A stretch of 64,000 nt of DNA, from the NCBI GenBank assembly GCA_037444305.1, contig JBBIMP010000030.1:346-64345 (forward strand), written 5' to 3'. Shown piece after piece: positions 47,756 through 56,733 of this stretch (position 1 is the first letter of the stretch; every line of letters starts with the position of its first letter). The notes beneath the pieces are model-generated. The model was given only the letters and a program-made list of their open reading frames with translations, was not told the origin of the DNA and made no database searches. Origin of the DNA: Acidobacteriota bacterium. Lineage in GTDB: Bacteria > Acidobacteriota > UBA6911. A program made the translations under genes and the position numbers.

Positions 47756-48628
47756 ATGGCCGCCTCGCCCGAGTTCCTCCCGCCCCTGCACCCGCTGCTG
47801 TATGAAGACCTCGTGCGCCGCGCTCTGCTCGAGGACCTAGGCCTCGCGGGCGACCTGACAACCGACGCCATTGTGCCGCAGGGCCGCGAAAGCGCCGCCA
47901 TAGTGGTGGCGCGGGCCGAGGGCCGGATCGCAGGGCTGGAAGTCGCCTGTTCCGCTTTCCGCCTGCTCGACCCTTCCTCCCGGATCGAGCTTCACGCGCA
48001 TGACGGCGCCGATGCGCCGGCGGGAAGCCGGCTGGCCACGGTCACCGGGTCTGCCCGGGCGCTGCTCTCGGCCGAAAGGACGTCGCTCAACCTCCTCGGG
48101 CGCATGTGCGGCATTGCCACCGCGACGCGCGCCATCGTCGCCGCTGTAGCCGGCCATAACTGCCGCGTCGTCTGCACGCGCAAGACCGCTCCGGGACTGA
48201 GGATGCTCGAAAAGTACGCCGTCCGCGCCGGCGGCGGATTCAACCACCGCTTCGGCCTCGACGACGCCGTCCTCATCAAGGACAACCATCGGCAGATCGC
48301 CGGCGGCGTGGCCGAGGCGCTGCGGCGCGTGCGCAGAGCCGCCGGGCACATGGTGAAGATCGAACTGGAGGTCGACACGCTGGAGCAGCTCCAGGAGGCT
48401 CTTGGCCTGGGGGTGGATGCGGTCCTGCTCGACAATATGCCGCCCGAGATCCTGGCGCGGGCCGTCCGCATGGCCAAGGGCAAGGCGCTCACCGAAGCCT
48501 CCGGCGGCATTACGCCCGCTACCGCCGCTGCCGTCGCCGCCACCGGCGTCGACCTGCTCTCGGTCGGCTGGCTCACCCACAGCGCGCCCGCCCTCGACGT
48601 CTCGCTCGACCTCGCCCACGAGCTATAA
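47756..48628 (+). CDS. nadC: Nicotinate-nucleotide diphosphorylase (quinolinate phosphoribosyltransferase)
   Basis: LYEDLVRRALLEDLGLAGDLTTDAIV...the ERTSLNLLGRMCGIAT...KTAPGLR...LDNM motifs. It starts 1 nt after the nadA stop. Confidence 0.9.
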   Translation: MAASPEFLPPLHPLLYEDLVRRALLEDLGLAGDLTTDAIVPQGRESAAIVVARAEGRIAGLEVACSAFRLLDPSSRIELHAHDGADAPAGSRLATVTGSARALLSAERTSLNLLGRMCGIATATRAIVAAVAGHNCRVVCTRKTAPGLRMLEKYAVRAGGGFNHRFGLDDAVLIKDNHRQIAGGVAEALRRVRRAAGHMVKIELEVDTLEQLQEALGLGVDAVLLDNMPPEILARAVRMAKGKALTEASGGITPATAAAVAATGVDLLSVGWLTHSAPALDVSLDLAHEL

Positions 48629-48771
48629 GCGATCAGCCATGGATTCCCAGGATTGCCCGAGATCGGGCCGCCGGGCACTGCTGTTCGTTGTTCTGCGCCC
48701 ACGGGCGTGACGGCCGGCCCATGGGCGGCAGTTATTTGTTCCGTGAAATCCGTGGCTGCCTTTTTCCAGCG

Positions 48772-51120
48772 CTAGACCTTGCGGTCGAGGGTCAGCTTCT
48801 GCAGCATGTCGTCGAGCTGCTTCTGCGCCGCGTCTTTCCCGGTCTCCAGCCTGTTCCGCTCCATCCGGATCGCGCCCAGGCGCGTCTCCTGCTGCTCCAG
48901 CTGCCGGATATACCGCTGCCGCAGCGAGGCCTCCTCGGGCGTCTGTCCCAGGCGGGCCAGGTTGCCGCGCACGCGCTCCTGGTCGCGGAAGATCTCGTTC
49001 TGCTCACGGTCCAGCTCGGCCATCTTCTGCGCGAACGCGTTGATCTCGGCCTTCCTGGCCACGATCCCCGAAAGCGCCTTCTCGATTTCCGGATCGATGG
49101 ACCGCTCCCGCACCCAGAGCTGAATCTGCTCCGGCGTGACGTTGCTGATAATGTAGGTCGTCTCCTGGGGGGTTTCCTCGCGCACCGTGAACTCGGTCGT
49201 CGCCTTGGCCTTTGCCTCCACCCGGAACCTGTGGTAGCTGGCCGAGGATTCGGCGGGAGGCGGCGTATCCGCCATTTTCCAGCCGGTGCGCACAGGATGC
49301 TCCAGGATGACCGCCCGGGCCTTCTCGTCATTATTGCGGATCACATAGCTCCGCTTTTCGGTCAGCTTCGAGTGCATCCTCAGGATGCCGCGGTGGATTT
49401 CCACCCGTTCGACCCGCTGCCGCTCGCTCTGCGTTCCGCCGGTAACCTCGAGGCCGAGATCCAGCGCGTAGCTCAGGAGGCGGCTCTCGCCCGGCTGGAT
49501 GGTGTCGACCAGCCCTTCGCCGGCAAAAGCATTGGTGTCGATCACGGTAAACGAACCGCTGTCCAGCGTCAGCCCGCTGGAATTGCGCAGCCACACCGCC
49601 AGGCGCGGCCTGCGCTCTCCCGCCGAGGCGTTGTAGAGAGATACCTTCTCGCCCTCGACTTCCGCATGAAGGATCGGCAGCAGGCCGGACTCGTTCCGGC
49701 GGATCGTGACCGGCTGTTTCAGCCGATATTCGAACTGCTCCCCGAGTGCCTGCGTCTCGGCCCCCGGAGGCGCCTCCTGGCGCATCAGGCCGCCGATCCC
49801 CCCGGCCCTTTCCATGGCAGCCTCCATGGGGGCCGCCGCCGGCGCTATGGCGGCAACCGGTCCCTCGGCCCGGCGCTTCGGCAGGCTCAACCGGTCGTCA
49901 GCCATGGCCTCCATCTCCGCCCCCTGGAGACTGAAGTTCAGCGCCGTTGTCCGGCCCTGGGTTACCTCGATACCCGGGTATTCGGCCCCACGCAGTCCCG
50001 GGTAGCTGGCGCTAACGCGGTAGTTGCCTGCGGCCACCTGGGCCAGGTAGACGCCGTTGCCGTCGGTCGTGACCGTGCGCAAGGGCGACCCGTCCGGACC
50101 GATCACGACAACCGCAGCCCCGGCAAGCGGCCCGCCCCGGGAGTCAAAGACCGACCCGCTGATGGCCGTCATCCCCCCCGGCGCCGCCATCGTTCCTTCG
50201 TGCAGCTGGGGGCTGACCTGGAAGCCCTCCGGCAACGGAACCACCGGGCGGCGCGCATAGACCGGCTGGGAGAGGTTCTGGATGAAGCTGACCGGGGCTC
50301 CCGCCACGAGCGAAAGGGTCACGTCGAGCCAGTCCACGGGCGTCGTGTTGTCCACGATCGCCCAGCCCTGCAGGAGCGGCTTCTGCTTCGGGTCGAGCAC
50401 CACACGGTATGTGGTCTTCCACACCGGCGCCTCGGAGGTATAGCTGACATATAGCTGCCGCTCGCCCGAGCCCGCCGTCTGGATGTGCAGCTTGCGGATG
50501 TCGCGCCGGTGCGTCGTGTTGAGCAGCTCCATGTAGCGGGCCATGTCGGCGGCGAGCTCCGGTTCGGTGAAACGCAGCGAACCCGCCGATTCAAGGTCGA
50601 TCAACCGAAGCTCCCCGCCGCTTGAAAGGAGGGTGATCTGGACATACTGGACGATGGTGCCGGCGCCCGCGCTGCGCGTGCGCAGCTCCGCTCCGACGAT
50701 CTTCCCGGTCACGCTGCCGCCCGGGGCCTTGATCTCCACCGCCGCCCCCCGCAGCTGGTTCAACAGTCCGACTGTGCCCTGCGCGGAATCCAGGTCGATC
50801 GGCAGTTCGGCCAGCCGCCTGTCGAGCGGCGCGCTGGAGTCGTAGGTGACGCCCGTGACCATTCCCCTGCCCAGGTCCAGCACCGTGAGCGACTTCAGCA
50901 CGTCGTTCAGCTGCGTGCGCGGCAACGATATCTCCACCGCCTGGGCGCCCCGGACGGGTCCCAGGTGTTCGAAGTAGCCCATGCCGTTTTTGTAGAGCAC
51001 AACTTTCCGCACCGGCAGCGGGATGGAGTCCTGTGCCGTCAGGAGCCGCTCGGACTCGGCGAGACCGAAGCCCTGCGGGAGCCAAAGGAGAAAGGAAAGC
51101 AAGACGATTCGCTTATGCAT
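48772..51120 (-). CDS. DUF4139/DUF4140-family (MuiA-like, TIGR02231-like) secreted protein with an embedded carboxypeptidase-regulatory-like domain and a C-terminal coiled coil
   Basis: Signal peptide. The N-terminal VVLYKNGMGYFEH segment is typical of the DUF4140 N-terminus. The middle segment GSVFDSRGGPLAGAAVVVIGPDGSPLRTVTTDGNGVYLAQVAAGNYRVSAS is CarbopepD_reg-like. The last about 120 aa are charged and heptad-like. Confidence 0.55.
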   Translation of the reverse strand: MHKRIVLLSFLLWLPQGFGLAESERLLTAQDSIPLPVRKVVLYKNGMGYFEHLGPVRGAQAVEISLPRTQLNDVLKSLTVLDLGRGMVTGVTYDSSAPLDRRLAELPIDLDSAQGTVGLLNQLRGAAVEIKAPGGSVTGKIVGAELRTRSAGAGTIVQYVQITLLSSGGELRLIDLESAGSLRFTEPELAADMARYMELLNTTHRRDIRKLHIQTAGSGERQLYVSYTSEAPVWKTTYRVVLDPKQKPLLQGWAIVDNTTPVDWLDVTLSLVAGAPVSFIQNLSQPVYARRPVVPLPEGFQVSPQLHEGTMAAPGGMTAISGSVFDSRGGPLAGAAVVVIGPDGSPLRTVTTDGNGVYLAQVAAGNYRVSASYPGLRGAEYPGIEVTQGRTTALNFSLQGAEMEAMADDRLSLPKRRAEGPVAAIAPAAAPMEAAMERAGGIGGLMRQEAPPGAETQALGEQFEYRLKQPVTIRRNESGLLPILHAEVEGEKVSLYNASAGERRPRLAVWLRNSSGLTLDSGSFTVIDTNAFAGEGLVDTIQPGESRLLSYALDLGLEVTGGTQSERQRVERVEIHRGILRMHSKLTEKRSYVIRNNDEKARAVILEHPVRTGWKMADTPPPAESSASYHRFRVEAKAKATTEFTVREETPQETTYIISNVTPEQIQLWVRERSIDPEIEKALSGIVARKAEINAFAQKMAELDREQNEIFRDQERVRGNLARLGQTPEEASLRQRYIRQLEQQETRLGAIRMERNRLETGKDAAQKQLDDMLQKLTLDRKV

Positions 51121-51446
51121 GATAGTCCTCCATGAAACGGTGATGCCCTTTCATCCGGGGAGACCGCGAAGGCACCGCGTTCGTTACACTCTACAGGACG
51201 GCGGCGGGTGCGCACCCTTGCAGGGTTTTTTTGCCCGGCGCGTGAATTCATCATACCGCTTGTGCGTCCCGCGGGATACAGCAGGGATCGGGGCAGACAG
51301 AGACGGTTCCACCGTGCACCGGGGAGAAGCGCGGAGGTCACCGAGAAATGCCCGAGGGGCGGAAGACAGCGTGTCTTTCCCGGCGACTCTCCGTACCGCT
51401 CAGTGTCTCTCCGTGCAATTCCTCTTGGCGGCCCGAGGCGTTCGAC

Positions 51447-51474
51447 TTGACTTGATCCGCGTGTGACATAAAAT
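51447..51474 (+). promoter_or_regulatory. Candidate promoter TTGACT-16-TAAAAT for the giant-protein operon
   Basis: It lies in the only AT-rich patch of the intergenic region (gacttgacttgatccgcgtgtgacataaaattaatcaatc), about 60 nt upstream of the predicted start. Confidence 0.35.
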
Positions 51475-51534
51475 TAATCAATCTCTATTCAGAAACCGCA
51501 ACAAGCTTGGGCATTGTTCGGGGAGGCAGCGGCC

Positions 51535-54500
51535 GTGCTCTCGCTCTATCGAGGTTTCACTGCAGTCACGTTCGTCCTCCTTCTCCGCCTTCTCTGCGCT
51601 CCGGGCGGGGCTGCCCCCGGATATGCCGCGCAGACGCAGGATCCGCTGTTCATGTCCGTTTTCCGGACGGAGGGTTCCGTTGCACCGCCGGGAGACTACC
51701 GGATTCTCGTCGGCGGAGAAGGTGCGGCACTGCACTCCGCCACAAAACTGCGTCCCGGCCGCCCCCTGCTTGTCATTGTGGACCCGGGATCTTTTGCGCG
51801 CGAGGCGGCGCGCGAACGCCTCGCGTCGCTGCTGGACAATGTCGAGCGGGTAATGCCACAGGGGCAGCCGCTCCGCTTCGGCATCGCCATCCTGGACGGC
51901 ATCCTCAGAGATCCGGTGGTCGATCCTGCCGAAGCCCGGCGGGAACTCGAGAGCGTGATCCGCAGCTACGTGCCGGAGCGGGTCGAGTTCACCGGCATCG
52001 GCCCCGGGCGGTTCTTCGACATCGTGGCCGGACTGATCGAAAGGGCCCAGGAAGAACAGGGCGATCTGGACTGCCTCCTCCTCGCCCGCGACCGACTCAT
52101 CGAGGACGAAGAAGCGGATTACGTTTTTCGGGCGCTCGAGCGGCGCCTTCTGCACATCTGCCTCCGAAAGGGATCTACCGTTTACGGTTTCATGTCGGAC
52201 AAGGGCATTTGGAGCGGTCTGGCGCCGGCCACCGGGGGCGAGTGGTTCGACTCCTCGGCGGCCCCCGCGGCCGTGGTAGACCTCATATTCCGCAACCGGC
52301 AAAACGGCGTCAGGCTCGAATTCACTGCTGCCGGGGCGGGCGCTGCTGCCGGCCGCCTGCCGATGACGGTGGAATCCGCTTCCGGCGGCGGACCGGCGCT
52401 GCAACTCCGCAGCATGCCGTCGCTCTGGCGCGGCTTTGGCCGGGAGCCGCCCCCGGATTACTTCCGCATCCGCCAGGCGCTGGACTGGAGAAGACGGAGC
52501 CGCGAGGCCGAGGCGGACAACAACCTCACGGTCGCGCTCCGCTTCATCGAGAGTTCGCTCGCCGAGGACCCCTGGAACGGCGACACCCATTTCCAGGCCG
52601 GCCGCCTCGCCTTCCTGCTGAAGGATACAGACGGTGCCGCGGCTTTCCTCGCGCAAGCCATCCGCTTTTCGCCGCCCACCGCCGGCGCGGTGGCGCTCTT
52701 CGCCGAGGTCGGCGAGAAACTGGGCCGGAGCCGCGAAGCCCTGCAGACCCTGCAGGCCATGCGCGACGACGGCCAGGCTTCCGGCCGCGCTATCCTCCTG
52801 GCCCGCGCGCGCCTGCTGGTTTCTTTGGACCGGCAGGCCGAAGCCCGTGCGCTCTACGAGGAATTGCTGCGCGCAGTGCCCGCGGAAATCCGTTTGCAGG
52901 GGGAATACGGCAGGATTCTGTGGTCCGTCGGCGAGCGCGTGCTGGCGGAAAAACTCTTCAATTCGGTCATCGGCCAGGATCCGGAAAACCTTCATGCGCT
53001 GACCGGCCTGTCGGAAGCTGCCCTGGCCAGGCACGATCTCGAGACCGCCTCCGCCTGGGCCGCACGCGCGCTGCAGGCGGCTCCGGGGCAGCCGGACGCG
53101 TTTTTTCAGGCCGGCAGGGTCGAGTTGGCTGCAGGCAGAACGGATCAGGCGTTGAAATCCCTCAGGTCAGCATGGGAAACGGCGCCCCATCGGCACGACA
53201 TACTCTCTGCCTTCGTGGAAGCCGAGATTGGAGCCGACCGCTTTAACGAAGCCAGGCAGACCCTGCTCGAGGCCCAGGCCGCGTATCCCGCCTCCCCAAG
53301 GGTCTACGAGACACTCGCCGGACTCGAGGTCCGCCTCGGCAACCTCGGCCCCGCAGCCACCGTGCTCGAAGCCGGCGCAGCTCTGAGCGGCACCGGCCGG
53401 GCCGAATTGTACCGGCAGGCAGCCGCGATCAGGGAGCGGCGGGGCGAGCATGGACAGGCGCTTCTGGACTACCGCGCAATGCTGCAAGTCGCCGATCCCG
53501 AGGATTCCGGCTCGCTCTCCGCACGTTACGAGCGGCACCTGGCCTACCTGGGCCTGCTTCTCGGGAGCGGCGACAGGAACGCCGACCAGCAACCGACCGG
53601 AGATGACGGGGAGAGCCGCCGGCAAGCTGACAGCAATTCGCAGGCTGTCCCGGCGGGCATCCCGGCCGGCGGGCTGATCATTCCGGGCGGAACCGCGTTG
53701 CTTGCCCGCACCGCCGGCTTGAATCCCGACCAGTTGCACGGACCGCAAGCCGCTGAGCGGCTGTTCCACTTCATCCTAGAAAGCATGCCGCTGGCCGGGC
53801 ACAAAAGCCACGACGCCTCTCTCCGCGGGGATCTGCTGGGCTACCTCCGCGAGTATGGCGCACTCGTCCGGTTCCTCGAAAAACGAGGCTTGATACCGGT
53901 CGCTACGGGTGCGCCCGTGAGCTTCTCGTTTCCCCTCGTCGGCTCGAAACCGGAACTTGAACCGACAAAACGCATCCTCGCCTTCTTCGGGGTGAGCCAC
54001 CGGCTGCGCATGCAGAAGACCGGTCATACGCAGGTGGAATTGACCCTGAAGCAGGGTAGAAAGCACTCGGACAGGCAGCGGCTCCTGCGCAACCTGGGCG
54101 TGAATCTCCTTGATCCCGCCATCCGCGAAGTGCGCTTCACCATCGCGGACGAGGACCTCTTCCTCCACGCCGGCGCCGCGGCCTGGACCGGAAAGATACT
54201 GGACAAACCGGATCTTCCGCCGCGGGACCTGCTCGGGCAGTTCGTCAAGGATCCCGTCGCCATGCAGCTGTACGTCACGCTGGCCGAGTGCTCGGAGGAA
54301 GCGCGGGCGCAGATCGTGTCTTCCTCCGCTCCCGGCGAACTGCTGCGCCAGGCGGAAATGTTGCGGCTGTTTGCCAAGTTCCTCGATGTCCACGCAGGCC
54401 GGCTCTCTTTTCCTGGGGATGACCGGGCCTGGCTCCGCCTTCTCGCCTCCCCGGAGCCGAGGGCTCCCGACGACCTGATGCGTCTGCTCCTGCACCGCGA

Positions 54501-56733
54501 TCAGGGAAGGACCGTGGCGCTGTATGCGCTGCTGGGCGCGATGCCGGAGGCTGCACGGGATTTTCTGACCTCGACGCCGGCCATGCTCGAGGAGTTCTAC
54601 CGCGCAATCTCCGCGAATCTGCCGAAGCTGGATGATCGGACCTCCGAACGCGTGTGGCAAAACGCCACCCGGCTGGCAGCACTCGTCGAGGCCGACGGGC
54701 AGGGCCTCTACATCGGCGTGGATCCGAAGGCCGCCCAACAGCTGCTTTCATCCTGGGAGATTCCCTCCGGCGGCAAAGCCGATTCGCAGGTGCTGCGCCT
54801 GGAACCCCGTGAGTTCGCGGCGCTGCTGGGCAGCGCGGCCACCCTGTCGCGACCGACTTCGTTTCCGGTTGCGGAAGCCCTTGAATTTCTGAGGCAAATC
54901 CGCCGGGAGTATCCGGGCCTTTTCGCCGACCGCCGCGTGCCGGATTTATCGGCCGCCGCGGGGCTCCTGGACCTTGTGTGGGACCTGGCACCCGATTCCG
55001 AGCTTGCCTTCCACTATCTGGAATACTTCCGGCGGCTTGCCGGGCTGCGCCAAAAGGACGAGTTGGTCAACCGCGCCCGCACAAGCCAGGCCCTTTTCGT
55101 CCTGCTCGGCGCGTTCTGCCGCCAGGGAACGCTGTCGCCGCAGGAAGGCAGGCGGCTGCTCGCCGACCTGCTCGACCAATTGCCGGCAGACGAGGAGGCG
55201 GTCTTCGCTTTCCGCGTGGCGGATTATCTCTCGACGCGGCTGCTTCCGGCCTTGGCGGCGGTTCAGGGCGAAGAAATCAAATCCGGGGAGACACTTCTTT
55301 CCGCACTGAGCGGGCCAAAGGGAAAACACCGTGTCCCGCACGACGGGAGAATGTTCGAGGCCGATCTGGCGGTCCACCGGGCAGCCAGGATAAAACAGGT
55401 GCTGCTGCAGCAGCACCACACCCCGCTCGACATTCTCCTGAGGATCTATCGCGAACTTTCGACGCTGCGGCAGGCCGGGGGGGAACGCCAGGCTATCGGA
55501 CCGGTCACGGACGCTATCGGTTTGCTGCAGGTCCCGGAGTTTTCTCCTGGCAAGAAAAAGGCGGCGGAGTCCATTCCGGCGGCGGCTGTTGCCCATCTGC
55601 GATTCATGTGGACGGAAGCGGTCCAGCCGGGCAGAACTCTCCCGGCCAGAGAACGCGAGAGGCTGGTGAAGCAGACGGCCGAAGAACTGCACATTGAGCT
55701 GGGCGTAACCCTCCTGGCCTATGTCTACGCCTTCAGTTCCTCCCCCGAAAACGACGCGCTGGCGTTCGATCCGCTCTTCGTTCGCAAGCACTCATTCGGG
55801 CGGGATGGCACCCCTGGAGGCACCGAGTGGCCCGCGGCGGAACTGCGCGCAGACGAGAAGCTCGGCTCCTTCATCGCGGGCTCGCTCTCCGGATTGGGTT
55901 ACGAGCTTGCCCGGCTGGAAACCGCCCAGGCGGTTACCGGATACGGCACGAAAGCCAGTGGGACGATGCTGCCGACGATGCTGGCCGGCATGCGCGCCGT
56001 TGTGCCGGGATTGCGCAGCGAGCGGGCGCAGGAGTATGTGGCCCTGACCATGCGATTGGGACGGAAGGCCCTCGCCCTTTCCATCCTGGAGGCAGGGTTG
56101 CGGTCCTGGACAGAACATCGGTTGACCCTCCAGGTATCGCCCGGGAGGCGAACGGCGATACTGGATTTCCTCGGGATTCGGAATCTGGATGGAGCATTGG
56201 CACTGCTTTCGCCTTCGGAGTTGTTCCTGCTCGGCCGCGATTATGCCGCAACGAAGGAATTCGAGGACCCTGGCTGCCCCATTGCGAGCCGCCTGCTCGA
56301 GCTGCAGCCCACTCCCGGATCCGAGGAAGACCGGGCGTTCCGCGCGGAGATCGACCAGTACGGCATCCTTCTGAGGAAACGCGCGGGGCTGAACCAGGTC
56401 GCGCTCACCGCTCTGATCTCCTACGAACGGCTCGCGGCGGGAGCCCAGGAAGGCCTGCTCTCGGAGCGGATCTGCGACCTGAAATTCCGCGTGGCGGAAC
56501 TGGCCCATGCGCGTGCCATCCCGGCTCCCCTGGTCGAACTGTTGGGCGAGAGCGCGCTTCGGGACCTGCGGCCGGATCCAGGGGCCGTCGGACCCGACAA
56601 CTGGATGCTGGTCCTCGACCAGATTGCGTATCTGGGCACAGGACACATGCTCGCGTGGATCGAGGAACTGCTCGACAAGGGATTGCTGGTTCCCCTCGGC
56701 GAGAATATCCGGGACGGGAAGGAAATGCCATGA
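51535..56733 (+). CDS. Giant (about 1733 aa) secreted protein: a degenerate VWA-like N-terminal region, a TPR block, and an about 1000-aa alpha-helical domain of unknown function
   Basis: A GGGGAGG ribosome-binding site, then GTG at 51535, giving MLSLYRGFTAVTFVLLLRLLCAPGGAAPGYAAQ (signal-like). A TTG start at 51514 is an alternative. TPR-like repeats occupy roughly aa 330-690. The remainder has no recognisable catalytic motif. The stop overlaps the next start (ATGA). Confidence 0.7.
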   Translation: MLSLYRGFTAVTFVLLLRLLCAPGGAAPGYAAQTQDPLFMSVFRTEGSVAPPGDYRILVGGEGAALHSATKLRPGRPLLVIVDPGSFAREAARERLASLLDNVERVMPQGQPLRFGIAILDGILRDPVVDPAEARRELESVIRSYVPERVEFTGIGPGRFFDIVAGLIERAQEEQGDLDCLLLARDRLIEDEEADYVFRALERRLLHICLRKGSTVYGFMSDKGIWSGLAPATGGEWFDSSAAPAAVVDLIFRNRQNGVRLEFTAAGAGAAAGRLPMTVESASGGGPALQLRSMPSLWRGFGREPPPDYFRIRQALDWRRRSREAEADNNLTVALRFIESSLAEDPWNGDTHFQAGRLAFLLKDTDGAAAFLAQAIRFSPPTAGAVALFAEVGEKLGRSREALQTLQAMRDDGQASGRAILLARARLLVSLDRQAEARALYEELLRAVPAEIRLQGEYGRILWSVGERVLAEKLFNSVIGQDPENLHALTGLSEAALARHDLETASAWAARALQAAPGQPDAFFQAGRVELAAGRTDQALKSLRSAWETAPHRHDILSAFVEAEIGADRFNEARQTLLEAQAAYPASPRVYETLAGLEVRLGNLGPAATVLEAGAALSGTGRAELYRQAAAIRERRGEHGQALLDYRAMLQVADPEDSGSLSARYERHLAYLGLLLGSGDRNADQQPTGDDGESRRQADSNSQAVPAGIPAGGLIIPGGTALLARTAGLNPDQLHGPQAAERLFHFILESMPLAGHKSHDASLRGDLLGYLREYGALVRFLEKRGLIPVATGAPVSFSFPLVGSKPELEPTKRILAFFGVSHRLRMQKTGHTQVELTLKQGRKHSDRQRLLRNLGVNLLDPAIREVRFTIADEDLFLHAGAAAWTGKILDKPDLPPRDLLGQFVKDPVAMQLYVTLAECSEEARAQIVSSSAPGELLRQAEMLRLFAKFLDVHAGRLSFPGDDRAWLRLLASPEPRAPDDLMRLLLHRDQGRTVALYALLGAMPEAARDFLTSTPAMLEEFYRAISANLPKLDDRTSERVWQNATRLAALVEADGQGLYIGVDPKAAQQLLSSWEIPSGGKADSQVLRLEPREFAALLGSAATLSRPTSFPVAEALEFLRQIRREYPGLFADRRVPDLSAAAGLLDLVWDLAPDSELAFHYLEYFRRLAGLRQKDELVNRARTSQALFVLLGAFCRQGTLSPQEGRRLLADLLDQLPADEEAVFAFRVADYLSTRLLPALAAVQGEEIKSGETLLSALSGPKGKHRVPHDGRMFEADLAVHRAARIKQVLLQQHHTPLDILLRIYRELSTLRQAGGERQAIGPVTDAIGLLQVPEFSPGKKKAAESIPAAAVAHLRFMWTEAVQPGRTLPARERERLVKQTAEELHIELGVTLLAYVYAFSSSPENDALAFDPLFVRKHSFGRDGTPGGTEWPAAELRADEKLGSFIAGSLSGLGYELARLETAQAVTGYGTKASGTMLPTMLAGMRAVVPGLRSERAQEYVALTMRLGRKALALSILEAGLRSWTEHRLTLQVSPGRRTAILDFLGIRNLDGALALLSPSELFLLGRDYAATKEFEDPGCPIASRLLELQPTPGSEEDRAFRAEIDQYGILLRKRAGLNQVALTALISYERLAAGAQEGLLSERICDLKFRVAELAHARAIPAPLVELLGESALRDLRPDPGAVGPDNWMLVLDQIAYLGTGHMLAWIEELLDKGLLVPLGENIRDGKEMP

